Assembly (NCBI GenBank): GCA_951406725.2
Contig: OX597824.1
Span: 45,756,001 to 45,820,000, forward strand
DNA from: Octopus vulgaris
Lineage: Eukaryota
Direction of reading: 5' to 3'
DNA: 64,000 nt
The translations under genes were made by a program, and so were the position numbers. Positions 37,670 through 52,121 of the stretch are shown piece after piece (position 1 is the first letter of the stretch; the number at the start of each line of letters is the position of its first letter). The notes under the pieces are model-generated. The model had not been told where the DNA came from. It saw nothing but the letters and a program-made list of their open reading frames with translations, and ran no database searches.

Positions 37670-39100
37670 TTTGTTACAGCTATTGCTATTGTTATCGATA
37701 ATGGTACTGTTGCTGCAGTTAGTGTAGCTGTTGCTGTTGACATTGTGCTCTTAGTGTTGAATATTATTGTTGCAATTGTTGGTGCAATGGCTGCTGTCGT
37801 TGTTGTGGGCATTGACATTGCAGCTGTTGGTATATGTTGTTGTTGACATTGATGTTGCTATAGTTGTTGCAGCTGTTGCTCCTATTGACATTACTGCAAT
37901 TGTTACTCTTGTCAATACTGACGTTGCTGAAGGCAGTGAGCTGGCAGAATCATCAGCACACCGGGTGTAATGCTTAGTAGCATTTCATCTGTCTTTACGT
38001 TCTGAGTTCAGATTTCCCCAAGGTTGACTTTGCCTTTCATCTTTTTGAGGTTGATAAAATAAGTACCAGTTATGCACTGGGATCAATGTAATTGACTTAC
38101 ACCCCTTCCCTTGAATTGCTGGCCTTGTGCCAAAATTTGAAACCAATATTGAAATTGCTGCAGTTGTTGTGGTTGCCAATATTGACATTGCTGCAATTGT
38201 TGCTGTTGTTGACAATATTGACATTACTGCAGTTGTTGTTGTGGTTGACAATATTGACATTACTGCAGTTGTTGTTGTTGTCGTCAATATTGATATTGCT
38301 GCAGTTGTTGTTGTCAATATTGACATTGCTGCAGTTGTTATTGTTGTCAACATTGACATTGTTGCAGTTGCTGTTGTGGTTGTCAAGATTGACATTTCTG
38401 CAGTTGTTATCGTCCATATTGACATTATTGCAGTTGTTGTTGTTGTTGTCAATATTGACATTCCTGAAGTTGTTGTTTTCAATATTGACATTGTTACAGT
38501 TGTTGTTGTTGCCAGTATTGATATTGCTGCAGCTGCTCTTTATATTGACATTACTGCAGTTATTGTTGTTGTTGTTACTGACACTACTGCAATTGTTGTT
38601 GATACTCACATTCATGTTGTTGCTGTTGAGCTTGACATAGATGCAATCCCTGCTGATTATTATTGGTGCAATTGTTGTGGTTGACATTGGTGCAGTTGCT
38701 GCAGCTGTTGTTCCTGAAATTAACATGACTGTAGTTGCTGCTGCAACTGTTGTTGATATTGGCACTAGCACAGTTGCTGCAGTTGTTGATATTAACATCA
38801 TAGTAGTTGCTGTAGTTGTTGATATTGTTATTAACAATGGTGCAGTTTGCTGCAATCTCTGCTTCTGTTGTTGTTATTGACATTGAGTAGTTGCTACAGT
38901 TGTTGTTGCTAATATATAGACATTGCTGCAGTTGTTGCAGCTACTGTTGATCATGTTATTGATGCTATTGCTGCAGTTGTTATTGTTGATATTGTGATTT
39001 GTGCAGCTGCTACAGCTTTTGTTGTTGATACATATGTTGATGCAATTTCTGCTGCTATTGATGAAAATGGCATTGCTGAAACTGTAGTTATTATTGTCAA
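37670..39100. repeat. Degenerate ~27-30 bp minisatellite (AATATTGACATTGCTGCAGTTGTTGTTGTC)
   Basis: Best units at 38145-38560; interrupted by an S2 SINE at 37930-38146. Confidence 0.9.
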
Positions 39101-40266
39101 TGACTTGTTGGTGTTACCATTGGCATCTGTTTATTTTTTTATTTTATTATTATTTTCACTATTTTAGGGCAGTGGACAGCAGAATTGGTAGTGCAATGAG
39201 CCAAAAAGCTCTCATGCCAATGTTAGAAATTATAACATAGTTACATCCCTTTAACATTTGCAATTTAAATCCTGTGCTTATAAAAGATGACCAAAGATTT
39301 TAAATTGGTTATTTGAAGGTTTTCTTTCGAGAAGTTCTGGGAAGGTTAAGCAATAAACAGCAACAACAAAAACAAGCTGCAATTCATAGGGCAACACTGG
39401 GTTATCGCCTTATCCTCAGTTCTAGGAGTCAACCAGGAATCTGAAGAATCCACTCCTCCACTCTGGGAGATTCAGCATGGCACAGAATGCGAAGAAGCTG
39501 GCCCTTTGAATTTACGGGTACTACTCATTTTTGCCAGCTGAGTGGACTGGAGCAGCATGAAATAAAATGTCTTGCTCAAAGACACGACACACTGCCAGGA
39601 ATTGAGCTCACAGCCTTACAATTTTGAGCTGATTACCTCAACCATCAAGCCACGTGCCTTCACATATGAACTCATGGTGTATAGGATGTAGTATAATAGT
39701 CTATGTAATGTTGTACATACCTCTTGTATGGTATGCCATATGACAGTCTTCACATATTGTATGGTGTACAGTATGACAGTATGGGTATATTATTTAGCAT
39801 GTAGTATGACAGTCTGCACATGTTATTTGGTAAGTAATACAGCAATCTAGATATAGTATATAGTATATAGTATGATAGTCTGGCCATGTTGTTTTTAGAG
39901 TTTTTTACTATACAATAAGCTATACAATATGCATTTTCTTAATAATGATTCAATCTCAAATAATGGTAAATATATTAAAACTCAAAAACACCTTAACATA
40001 TCAACAATAAAAGTATCAACATAAAATATCTTTTATCTGTTTCAGTCATTAGGCTGTGGCTATGATGAAGTACCACTTTGAAGAACTTTTTATTGAATGA
40101 ATCAATCGCCAGGATTAATTTTTTTTAAACCTGATACTTATTCTGTCAGTCACTTTTTGCCAAACCGTTAAGTTATGGGGATGTAAACAAACCAATGCAA
40201 GTTGTCAAATGGTGGTGGGAGACAAACTCAGACACAAAGACACATATACACATATATATGTATATA

Positions 40267-40306
<40 letters not shown>

Positions 40307-40340
40307 GATTTAGTAGACAGAAACTAAAAGAAGTCCATCG

Positions 40341-40371
<31 letters not shown>

Positions 40372-40779
40372 GACAGACTTCTTTTAGTTCCATCTATCAA
40401 ATCTACTCATAAAGCTGGGACTCAATCTAGAACTATATGGTTGAGAAGCAAACTTCTTGCCACACAATGATGCCTGTGCCTAACAATAATTAGCAATAAC
40501 ATTATCAACAATGTCATGAACACATTTACAAACAATAGTAAAAAAAAAAATGCCTAAAAAGCGAACTACCAAAGAAGCCTCTCTGCAGTTACTCAACCTA
40601 CTAGACTTACCAGCCAAATTTCTCTCCAATGACATATTACTGCAACAGTTATTTTTGACTCTAGTACACAGGGGATGAAATTATAAACTTGCTTCTACAT
40701 CTTGAAAAAAAAATTGAAGAAAAAATTTGTTTTAAAGTTTTATGATTTAGTAAAAATGGTTGAAAATTTCTACTTGACT

Positions 40780-41810
40780 TGTGCCAGGGAGAAGCACCAC
40801 TGATGCTATATTTCTGGTAAGGCAGCTGCAGGAGAAATACATAACCAAAGATAAACCTCTGTACTTAGCTTTTGTTGACTTGGAGAAAGCTTTTGACAGA
40901 GTCCTTCAATCCCTTATCTGGTGGTCAATGCAGAAACTAGGGATAGATGAGTGGCTGGTGAGAGCTGTACAAGCCATGTACAGAGATGCTACCAGTAAGG
41001 TGAGAAATGGTAATGAGTACAGCTAAGAATTCAGGGTACAGGTTCACCAAGGATTGGTCTTAAACCCCTTCTTGTTCATCATAGTCCTCCAGGTAATAAC
41101 AGAGGAATTCAAGACAGGCTGCCCCTGGGAGCTCCTCTATGCTGATGACCTAGTTCTTATAGCTGAATCACTTCCAGAACTAGAAAAGAAGTTCCAGGTA
41201 TGGAAGCAAAGTTTAGAATCAAAGGGCCGTAGAGTTAACCTAGCAAAAACCAAAGTCTTAGGAACTACGAAGGCAGACAAACCACAAGTCCCTTTAGATA
41301 GATAACCCTGCTCGATCTTTTGGCATTATGTTGTGCTTGAGAAAAAGACCCATCAAGCTAAGTAAAATTGCAGTCTGGCAGATACCGGTGTCATACAAAT
41401 AGCACCCATGCTAATGGAACATAAAGTGCCTTTCAAGTGTTGGGCCTCATGGAGGCATGGACCAAGACAATTTGGCATTGAGCTGTGCTTCAAGTGTTGA
41501 GCCTCACAGAGGCAATGATCAAGTCCATTTGGCATTATGCTATGCTGAGAAGAAGACCCATCAAGCCAAGTAAAACTGCAATCGTGGCAGATACCAATAT
41601 CATGCATATGGCACCCATGCCGGTGGCACATAAAAGCACTCATTACACTCTCAGAGTGGTTGGCATTAGGAAGGGCATCCAGCTGTAGAAACCATTTCAA
41701 AACAGACTGAAGTCTGGTGCAGCCTTCCAGCTTGCCAACCCTGGTCACAACATCCAACCCATGCCAGCATTGACAACAGATATTAAATGATGATGATGAT
41801 GATGATGATA
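40780..41810 (+). mobile_element. RTE LINE fragment (RT core) joined to its 3' tail
   Basis: PGRSTTDAIFLVRQLQEKY, LAFVDLEKAFDRV, PWELLYADDLVL, VNLAKTKVL; deletion, then 3' UTR and (ATG)n. Confidence 0.92.
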
Positions 41811-42379
41811 ATTTGTGTATATTAAAGTTGCGAATAACGTCTTCATCTTTTATCATTTACTTGTTTCAGTCATTAGACTGTGACCATGCGGGGGTGCCAC
41901 CTCGAAGAATTATACTTATCATACTTGTCCCCAGATGTAACTGCCTGCCAGTGCTTTAGTCTCTATGGACCTTCTCCTTGTTTTTCCATGGTGAGAGAAG
42001 ATTATTCCACAAATGAGCTTCCTTCCAGATTTCACTCCATTGCTTTATATGCCATTTCTGTAAACTACCTCCAGATACTAGGACCAGTTTCATATGTCCT
42101 CTTGTTAGCATTTTATTGGTAATGCAGAAAATTTGATAGTTCAGGGCTGCTCACCTTACATCTACCACCTTCTTTCTTTCTCAACTAGATTTGCAACCAG
42201 CCATAGAGGAGTTCAACTATTATTATGGAATTTCTAAAACCTTAAGCTATACTTTTAAAAATGCACAACCCAAATAGATGTCCCTTGCCATGAATCACAG
42301 TCTCACCATTCTGTTGGAAATACGCAGCCCTACTATCTCAAAAAAGGTCACATTATATACTATAATCTTATTTGCCCAA

Positions 42380-42915
42380 TGTGTGGGAAAAGAAAAATAC
42401 AGGATGGTTATGGCTTGTCTCTCTTTGTATATAGATCTGCTGAATCAGAGCTAAGCTGAGGCTAAGCTATGACAAAACCATAAAAAGAAAAAAATCAGTG
42501 TCTTTTTACTACAGAGCTGTAGAAACCAAGGTAAGTTCTTGGCAAGGATCTGGTCAGCGTTTTCTTTTTATTTATGTCAGTAATATACTATATTGTGAAG
42601 GAATCTATGTCATAACCCCACAAGAACTTCCTCCAAAAATATTAGATAATATAATTCTAGATGCACTATGTGTGGGAAAGGTAAAATACAGAATGGTTGA
42701 GACTTGTCTGTCTTTGTTTATAGGATCACTGAATCAGAGTTGAGCAGAGGTTAAGCTATGATAAAACTATAAAAAGAAAAAGATCGCTTTTTGTTTTTGT
42801 ATGCAGTGTAGATCCAAAGGTACGTTCTTAGCAAGGACCTGGACTGGTAAGCGATTTCTTTTTATTTATGTCAGTTATATACTATATTGTCAAGGTATCT
42901 ATGTCATAAGCCCAC
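42380..42915. repeat. Tandem duplication of ~290 bp
   Basis: TGTGTGGGAAA...TTTTTATTTATGTCAG..ATATACTATATTGT..ATCTATGTCATAA repeats at about 42380-42620 and 42669-42915. Confidence 0.85.
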
Positions 42916-43599
42916 ATTGGCATCCAACTAAAATACAAGGGAAAAAAGACACCAATACTTGGCAAAAAGACACCAATACTTGGCAAAAAAACACCAGTAA
43001 CAACCAATGACAGTATCAGTATCAGAGCAATAACACAGAAAGATTATATCATCATCAGCAACAACTTTCTCATCAACGTAAACAAAAACAACAACAACTA
43101 CTACTACTACTACTACTACTGCTACTGCTACTGCTACTGCTGCTGCTGCTGCTGCTACATATTAAAATGGCAGAAATTGCACTTTTAAGGTTGGCATTTA
43201 ATGCCACCCTCCATCTAACACAGCAACCAGACAAATAACCATGACAGTAAATGAAAGACAGGGCATGTTTTATATACGTGTATTACGTGTATATGTGTTT
43301 GTGTGTGTATGTGCATGAGTGTGTGTGTGTGTGTGTGTGTGTGCATATGCATGTGCATGTGTGTGTGTGTGTGTCCATCCGTGGCCCAATTCCTCATTCT
43401 ATCATCCCAAGCTACTCTACTATTGCTCTTGATAAAAGGTTACATACAGACTTAAACCACAGCAAATTCATTGATTTTTTTTTAAAATTTAATAACTGGT
43501 ATTTTAGCAATTTGGATACAGAACAATAGACACAACAAAAATATTTTCTAAGACATTCTCTGGCTATTTTCCAGTTGGATTGACAATATTATTAGTTTA

Positions 43600-43842
<243 letters not shown>

Positions 43843-44564
43843 CTTTCTACTATAGGCACAAGGCCTGAAATTTGCAGGGGAGAGGATGAACCGATTACAT
43901 TGACTCCAGTGTTTCGCTGGTACTCATTTTATCAACCCCAAATGGATGAAAGGTAAAGTTGACCTTAGCAGAATTTGAACTCAGAACATAATGAGAAATA
44001 AAATTCCGCTAAGCATTTCGCCTGACATGCTAATGAATCTGCCAATAATAATAATAGGGCTACAGCAAATATTCTGCTCAATACCACAGATTTGTTTGTC
44101 AGTTGTTTGACCATAACCAGTTGAGCATGTTGAATAATTTGCCTCTGTTTTGTTCAACATCCTTAAACAACCTTTATTCAGGGACCTTTTGAACATGATG
44201 GGCTACTTAACCAAAAGAAAATTCTAACAGGGCCCCACCTACAAAATCATGCATTGTTTATCTTAATATGAAGTTATCATGTCAAGTGCATATGGATGCA
44301 TATGCTTAGTGTACCCTTATCACATGAGTAGTCATGATGGGTATATTCAGCTTCGTATATTTGCATCTAGTGTCACTTTGATGGCATGGACTGTTCTCTC
44401 ACATAACAACAACAACAACAACAACAATAATAATAATCCTTTATACTGGAGGCAAAAGGCCTCAATCAACCTCAGTGTTTCACTGGTACTTAGTTTATCG
44501 ACCCTGAAAGGCAAAGTCGACCTTGGCAGAATTTGAACTCAAAATGTAGCAACAAGTGAAATAC

Positions 44565-44758
44565 AACAGTTCTATATTTAAGAGATGAGGAATTATGTAC
44601 ATTATTTACATTATTTACATTTGACAGATATTTGTCCTCATCTTGTTTGTTGTTAACACGTTTCGGCTGATATACCCTCCAGCCTTCATCAGGTGTCTTG
44701 GGGAAATTTCAAACTTGTGTTCTCATTCCTAAGGTATTTTTTTATGATGTTGTTGTTG

Positions 44759-44827
<69 letters not shown>

Positions 44828-44899
44828 TCACTGCCTGGAATTGAACTCAGAATCTTGGGGTTAGTAGCCTACACTCTTAACCACTATGCCATATGTCCA
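44565..44899 (-). mobile_element. Composite element: tRNA-like Pol III head, (AAT)n, hammerhead motif, tail (family B)
   Basis: Minus strand A-box TGGCATAGTGG and B-box GAGTTCAATTCC; hammerhead ACAC-CUGAUGA-A-GGCUG-GAGGGUAUAU-CAGCC-GAAAC-GUGU at 44656-44696; direct repeat TGAAATAC at 44557-44564 and 44900-44907 inside an S2 SINE. Confidence 0.8.
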
Positions 44900-44959
44900 T
44901 GAAATACTGCTAAGCATTTCACCTGGCATGCTAACTATTCAGCCAAGCAGTACTTTTAA

Positions 44960-45850
44960 ATGGGCCAGACATGCAACACTGGCATCGGTCATGGCTGCGA
45001 TCTCACTTTAGTTGCTGAGTTTTCTCAAGCACAGTATATCTCCAAATGTTTTAGTCTCCTGTCATTGCCTCATTGCCTCTGTGAGGCCCAACATTTGAAG
45101 ATCATGCTTCACCACCTCATCCCATGTTTTCCTGGGTCTATCTTTTCCACAGCTTCCTTCTACAGTTAGGGTGTGGCACTTCCTCACACAGCTGTCCTCA
45201 ACCATACGTAACATATGACCATACCAGTGCAGTCGTCTCTCTTGCACAACACATTTGATGCTTCTTATGTCTAACTTTTCTCTCAGGGTGCTCACTCTCT
45301 GTTGTGTATGCACACTGACATTACACATCCAGCAGATCATCCTAGCTTCATTTCTTTCAAGCCTACACATGCCCTCAGCAGTCATGGCCCATGCATCATA
45401 CAGTCTACCTTTCATCCTGTGCAAGAGGCCCTTAGTTGCCAGCAGAACTTTGCCAGCTGAATTTTGCCCAGGCTATTCTTATTCTAGCTGCTACAATCTC
45501 AAAGTAACCACCCCATTACAGACTTTATTGCCTAGGCAGCAGAAGCTATCAACTACTTCTAGTTTTTTCCCCCTGGTATGTGATGAAATCTGTTTTCTGT
45601 ACATCTTCAGTGTTTATTGCCCCTGTGCATCTGCCACACACAAAAACTACCTTCCTGGTTAACTTTCTTTTAATATTGCTGCACCTTTTGTGTGTTCACA
45701 GCTTACACTGGGTACATTGCATGGGTTCTCTATCCACTAGGTTAACCTTAAGGCCCTTTGATTTCAGACCTTGCTTCCACACACTAAACCTCATCACTAG
45801 TTCTGTTGGTGACTCAGCTATTAGAGCAAGCTCATCAGCATGGAGGCGCT
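44960..45850 (-). mobile_element. RTE LINE C-terminal fragment
   Basis: LHADELALIAES...KGLKVNL; RLERNEARMICWMC; RRLHWYGHMLRM; GKDRPRKTWDEVVKHDL. Confidence 0.9.
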
Positions 45851-46202
45851 CCTTAGACCAAAAACCTGCTTTGAATGCATGCAGCAGGATAAATTCCGCA
45901 AAGGGCACCCAAGAACCAGATGGTAGTATTAAACCAGGTAATGTATTAAGTTTACCACCCAAGAATCAAGTAGTTGTTAAACCTATAAAGGAAGAGATTA
46001 GGCCAGTTATGAATCTAGTTTTTACAGAAATTATACTGCAATGTTCTTATTACCAGTTCAAATATGCTTGTGACATGTCCAAACTCATAAGCAAACCATT
46101 CACCATATTATGCCATGAAAAATATTTCTCACTGTAGACAAATTGTGTAAACACACCTAAATTAGCTCGCAGTGCCACCTATCCAGACTGTGAGAGGTAA
46201 GC

Positions 46203-46252
<50 letters not shown>

Positions 46253-46772
46253 CAATTACTGTTCAAAAGCTTGAAGTAAAGTAAAACATAGCAGGTTATA
46301 AAGAGTTAGTTTATTTTTTGAAATACATAAAAGAAAAAAAAAATTAAGTAAAAAAGAGATTTCAGCCTGTTTGGACATTCCAATATGTTACCAATTCAAT
46401 ATTGTTCCACTTTCGCTCATCACACTAGAGCAAGTATTTAAGCAGATGTGGAAGTTTGGTGATGTGTGATATTGGGACATTTATTATCTTGCACAATTGT
46501 CCTCCACCTTCTATAAATCTTGTACGTTAGCAAATAATCACAAGTAACTGTGTATGTATGTGAGCATGTGTGTGTGTGTGTGTGTTGTTATACTTTGTAC
46601 TGGTAATTTTTTCTCTGTCTTTTTACCAATTAAACACATGCATTATTTGATCCTCACTTTAGTTTTTATTCATATTATTTTTAGCTTATATGTCTGTCAA
46701 AGTTCTCTCATCACACATTCTGTGACCTCCTCAGTGACTCTATCCAATGTATCTCCTCTTGTCCTGCTTATT

Positions 46773-46812
<40 letters not shown>

Positions 46813-47899
46813 TCATCATCATCATCATCATCATCACTGTCATTTTAATGCCCACTTTTTCATGCTTGCATGGGTTGGACAGAATGTGTTCAGGTGGATT
46901 TTCTACAACTGGATGCCTTTCCTGACAACAACCCTTTCCTGTTTTGAAGTAAGGTAATATTTCCCCAGGACCAGATATTTTCTGCAGAAGATTTAGAATG
47001 AACACCACTTGCACGACAGTGACATTTGCTTACAACTATCATGTAACAGCAAAACACACAGACTCACACACACACACACACACCCACACACTCACAGGGT
47101 TTTGGTTGACCAAGGGCTATTGTAGAAGACACTTACACAAGGTGCTATGCAGTGGGACTGAAGCCAAAACTATGTGATTGGGGAGCAAACTTCTTTCCAT
47201 AGAAGCATACCTTCACCTAATATACACATGTATCCATCCATCCATCCATCCATCCATCCATCCATCCATCCATCCATCCGTCCGTCCGTCCGTCCGTCCG
47301 TCCGTCCGTCCGTCCGTCCGTCCGTCCGTCCGTCCGTCCGTCCGTCTGTCCGTCCGCCCACCCATCTGTCCATCCATCCATATATACATCCTTATATACA
47401 TCCTTATATTCATACTTACATACTTGTGTATCATCTCCAGATTTTATCTATTTCAAACATTGGTTACTGATAATAACTGACTTATCTTCTAAAATTAAAT
47501 ATTGCTTTCTCTTTACAGTCATACATTTGGTACTAAAAGAACAATAGTATGTCTTCCAATGTGTCCCCTATTTTTCATCTTGCTTTGTCTATCAGTATTT
47601 TTTTATTCAAACTATAACAGCTATCAAAGACTATTGTGCTTTACATGTTGGTAATAAATAATGATTTGGTTTCTAATTTAGGCACAAGGCCAGCAATTGT
47701 GAGGGGTTAGTTGTTAACATTCACCTTAGTGCTTGACTGTTACTTTATTTTATTGGTCCACATAAAGACAAAAGTCAAAGCTGATCTCTGCAGGATTTGA
47801 ACACAGAATGTAAAGAGCCAGAACAAATATTGCAAGGTATTTTTTCTTATACTAACACTTCTGCCAGCTTACTGCTTTATATATAAAATAAAAAAATGC

Positions 47900-48720
47900 C
47901 AGCAAGCACTTTTATTTCCAGACAGTAAAGGATGGATCATTCCTTTTGCACAATCTTATGCACATCTGATATCATTTCTATTATTATTCTTTAGTTTCTA
48001 TTACTCTTTGATCTTATGCATGGATGGTGGAACAAGATTTAGTAATATCCATAGCATTTTCATCTCATTTTCTTTTTTAATATCTAAGCTGTTAAATGTT
48101 GTACACTGCAATGTTTCATTCTTATATTGATTAAGCTTTAGTTCTTCTGGGCATTTTTTCAGCATTTTTTCCCAGAGTCTATCAAATTTGATTCAATCAA
48201 TTATTTCACATGTTTCTCTCCTTGTTCGGTCTGATTTATCCATTATCAAACTTTACACATTCTGCAACTACAAAACAGACCATCCTCTCCTCTTTTAGAA
48301 TAACACAATTCCTCCTTTAAAAAAGCATGATTGAAACAACAAATAACCAGACTAGTTATTCGTATTCTGTCATTGATATGACTAAATTCATCTATTTCTA
48401 AATAGATATCACAGGGTGGTATAATGTTTTGATGCAAACATGTTTTAATGGTTCACAATTCTGAATGTAGATGTTCTTGTGTGAAAAACACCCTACTTCA
48501 GAAGAATAAGCCTTGGGCCAGGCACTCATCTCCATTAAACATACAATGTTGTAGAAACTGATGGCATTATTAGTTGTGCTGAATTATTCTATTCTGCAAA
48601 AATGGATTAGAATTCTCCCATTACATATCCCTTCAATGCTGTTGTTCCACCTTCAATTCTGCTATTTTGGGATATTTTCAGTTATTTTTAGCTTATTTCA
48701 TTTATTCAACAATTCTTTAT
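47900..48720 (-). mobile_element. Possible ancient LTR-retrotransposon (Gypsy-like) integrase relic
   Basis: Only weak remnants, such as IKTLYHPV versus the integrase T(T/S)PYHPQSNG motif; many stops and frameshifts. Confidence 0.3.
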
Positions 48721-49079
48721 TTTACTCTTGCACAGGTTATTCAGTCATTGCAATCATACTGTGGAAGAGTAAAGAGTAAGTGGAAGAGTAAAGTCAAGCT
48801 GGATGTAACTAAAGACTACAAGGAATTTGTTTTTGCTTGATACTTTACCAATACATATTGGTTTCAAATTTTGACACAAGGCTAGCAATTTCAAGGGAGG
48901 GACTAAGTTGATTACATTGACCCCCAATACTCAACTGGTACTTATTTTATTAACCCTGATGAAAGGCAAAGTTGACCTCAGTGGCATTTGATCTTAGAAC
49001 GTAGAGACATGAAATGCTATTAAGCATTTCGCCTGGCACAGTAATGATTCTGTGAGCCTGCTATCTTGACTTTACATAT

Positions 49080-50200
49080 ACATATTGGAAAATGTTACAG
49101 TTTGTCTCATTTCAAAGAAGAGCCACCTCTCTGGTCTTGTTGACTATCACTTGCATTTCCCCATCCCTTTTGAAAGATGGGAAAAGTCATTAACAATCCT
49201 TTGACCTAACATCTTGTATTGCTCTCCTCAGTGACCATCAAAAAGACTTTTGTAGATCCAAATCTGAAGTCCTGTTTCCATATAGGATATTTGATATCAT
49301 TTCCATTGTTTTTAATTTTCTTTCTTTCTTTTCTTTACTATCCATCAGTTGATCTTATGTGTGAATGACAGGAAAAGGTTTTCTGGTCCCGACATCAACA
49401 CATAAGATCAAAGGATAGTTCTTTGTCATTGAGAAGTTTGATAAAAGCAATGTCATTGTGCTTAGCATCAGCAAAGCCTTTCAATTTGTTTGGCATGTTA
49501 GTATCCTATTTAAGCTGCCAACCTATGGGATCCATACATCTCTAGACTCTTGGAGTAGAAGATTCCTTTCAGTTTACAGCACTATAGTATGAACTAATGT
49601 TATTCACTCTAACGCACACTGCATCTGTTGGAATGGACCCCATCGTCTTCCTTCTGTACATCAACAATCTACTACCAGTACTTCCATTGACACCTACTCC
49701 TATGCAGATATTAATACCCTTCACACCTTCCTAATCTTTTTCAAACAAGTGTCCTCATCATACCAAAACAATGCTAACTTTTTGAAGAGAAGCTATGAAA
49801 ACATTCCAGGAGATGATATTTTTAGTTTTTGTTTCCTTATACAGCATAAAGATGTTGTAACTTCACACAAGGAAACGATCTTGTATGATCTTCATCCACT
49901 ATTACCTGATCATTAATAACACAACTAAAAATCCCAAAGTTGCTATAGATCTTAAACTGATGATCCTACATTCAAAATCTTAGAAAAAATTGCCTCCCAA
50001 AGACAAATCTTTCTCTTCAGACCCAGGAAAACTTCAGATCTCAACAGCTACTGACTCTATAAAACTTTAGCAAGATCCATGATAGATTACTGCTCCCACA
50101 CCTATGATGGTGCTGCTACTACACATACATACACTTAAGCTTAAGCTTAGCCATTACTTGCAAATGAGTAAGACTGTACCATATTTTCATTGATTGTTTT
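49080..50200 (+). mobile_element. Ancient Jockey/CR1-group LINE RT relic
   Basis: VIVLSISKAFQFVWHVSILFKLPTYGI (LDISKAFDRVWH-like) and FLLYINNL...YSYADINTL (YADD-like). Confidence 0.7.
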
Positions 50201-52121
50201 AGGTGCTTATGTTGTCATGAAGAGATGTAGACATCTTCTCATCTCTCCCACTCTTGGCCCAGCAGAACCTTGAGACTATAATAGCTAGAGGGAAAGAGAA
50301 TTGCACCAGCACTAGGATGATAACGATTTTCAGCTGATTAGACAGGTGTAACATGAAATGATGCGTCTTGCCCAAGGATATAATACACTGCTCAATCCAG
50401 GAATCAAACTCATGACTTTATAACTGTAAACCTGACACCCTAACCACTAAGCCACATCTCTTCACAGATACAACATCCTAAAAAACCCACCCAGCTTATT
50501 TACATTGCCACCAATGCACTTGAGGCTCTTGTTCACAAATGTGTATCCTCACTGTTTTTTCTATCTACTTACAGTTACTTCAATGTTCTCTGCTTCTTAG
50601 AGCAAGCTCTTTGCATATCAAATCCATGCAGCATGCTTCTCTCCAAGGTCTAACTCCCTTCCTCACCTTGAGTGTCAAAATATTGGAATTCCTACCCAAC
50701 ACTTACCGTCCTATTTCAAGATAGACATTAACTGTATTGATATCACCAATCACAGAGGACATGTGAAAGTCGTAGATGCAGCACTTTTTCCCCCAACAAG
50801 ACCAAAAAGGAAGAATTATTTAAAAATTTCTTTCATAGTTTCTATCATTTCCAGTTTTCTTTGGAATGTTATTAGTAGTTTTCAGAAACTTCTGTCATTT
50901 CAAGTAATTTCTTAGTCTGAATAGTCATTTCTGCTGTTTTCCATCGTTTATTTTTTAAACAATCACTATTATTTTCTATTGATTTCTTTTAATTTCCACC
51001 AGACTCCAGCAATATCCTGATATTATTTTTCCAAGACAATTTAGTTGTTTCCAGCTATTATATTTTCTAGTAATTACTAAATTTAATATTTGTTCTCTGT
51101 CATTTTCCATTAATTTAAAGCTATTTCACTCATTTTTCCAATAATTGCTGTTATTAACCAACTATTGTTATTGTCATTTTCAATTATCTCACTCAGTTTC
51201 CACCCTCTCTGATCATTTATTACATTTCCATCATTTACGTAATATATTGTCGTCATTTTTCATAGGATGCTGTCATCACAATTTCTAGCAATCTCTAGCT
51301 ATTTGCAATGGTTTCTACCAATTTTCATTCATTCTTACAACTCACCTTTCATAACTACTTTCCATCTATTCATCATTTTTACAATTTTTCATTCTTTTCT
51401 AGCATTTCTAATAGCTTATCTATTTTTCACCCTCTCTACCACAATTTCCAAGCATTCTCTGCTTATTTTCAGTAATTTCAAATTATTGGCCAGGTTTCAG
51501 TATTTCCAGATTTTTCTTCTATTTTGAATACCCCACCACTTTTTTTTTTTTTGGTAATGGCTATTATTTTAAAACAATTGCTGAGCAGTTATTTTACTTC
51601 TTCTTGTCATTGGACTATGGCCATACTAGGGCACTGATTTGAAGGGTTTAGCTGAACAAATCAACCCTTATGCTTAAGTCTGATACTTATGCTATTGGTC
51701 TCTTTCAGCTGATTAGACAGGAGTAACATTGCCCAAGGATATAACACACTGCACAATCCAGGAATCAAACCCATGACTTTATAACTGTAAGCCTGACACC
51801 CTAACCACTAAGCCACGTCTCTTCACACATACAACATCCTAAAAACCTATCCAGCTTATTTACACTGCCACTGATGCACTTGAGTCTCTTGTCTACAAAA
51901 TTATGGGGACATAAACTAACCAACACTGGTTGTCAGGCAGTGTATAGCAAACATAAAGACATGCACACAAATACACACCTATTTATATGTATTGTGTGTG
52001 TGTGTGTGTGTGTGTGTATCAATATATCACTAATATTTTTTTGCTTTTTCTTTCTGCAGATTAAATATGTTTGTCTAGAGAAACTATGTAACCAAATTGT
52101 ACAGCCACCTTATATATATAT

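Noticed and set aside
38145-38560. Regularly spaced repeats superficially like a CRISPR array
   Set aside because: Tandem degenerate units without unique spacers, eukaryotic context, no cas genes.
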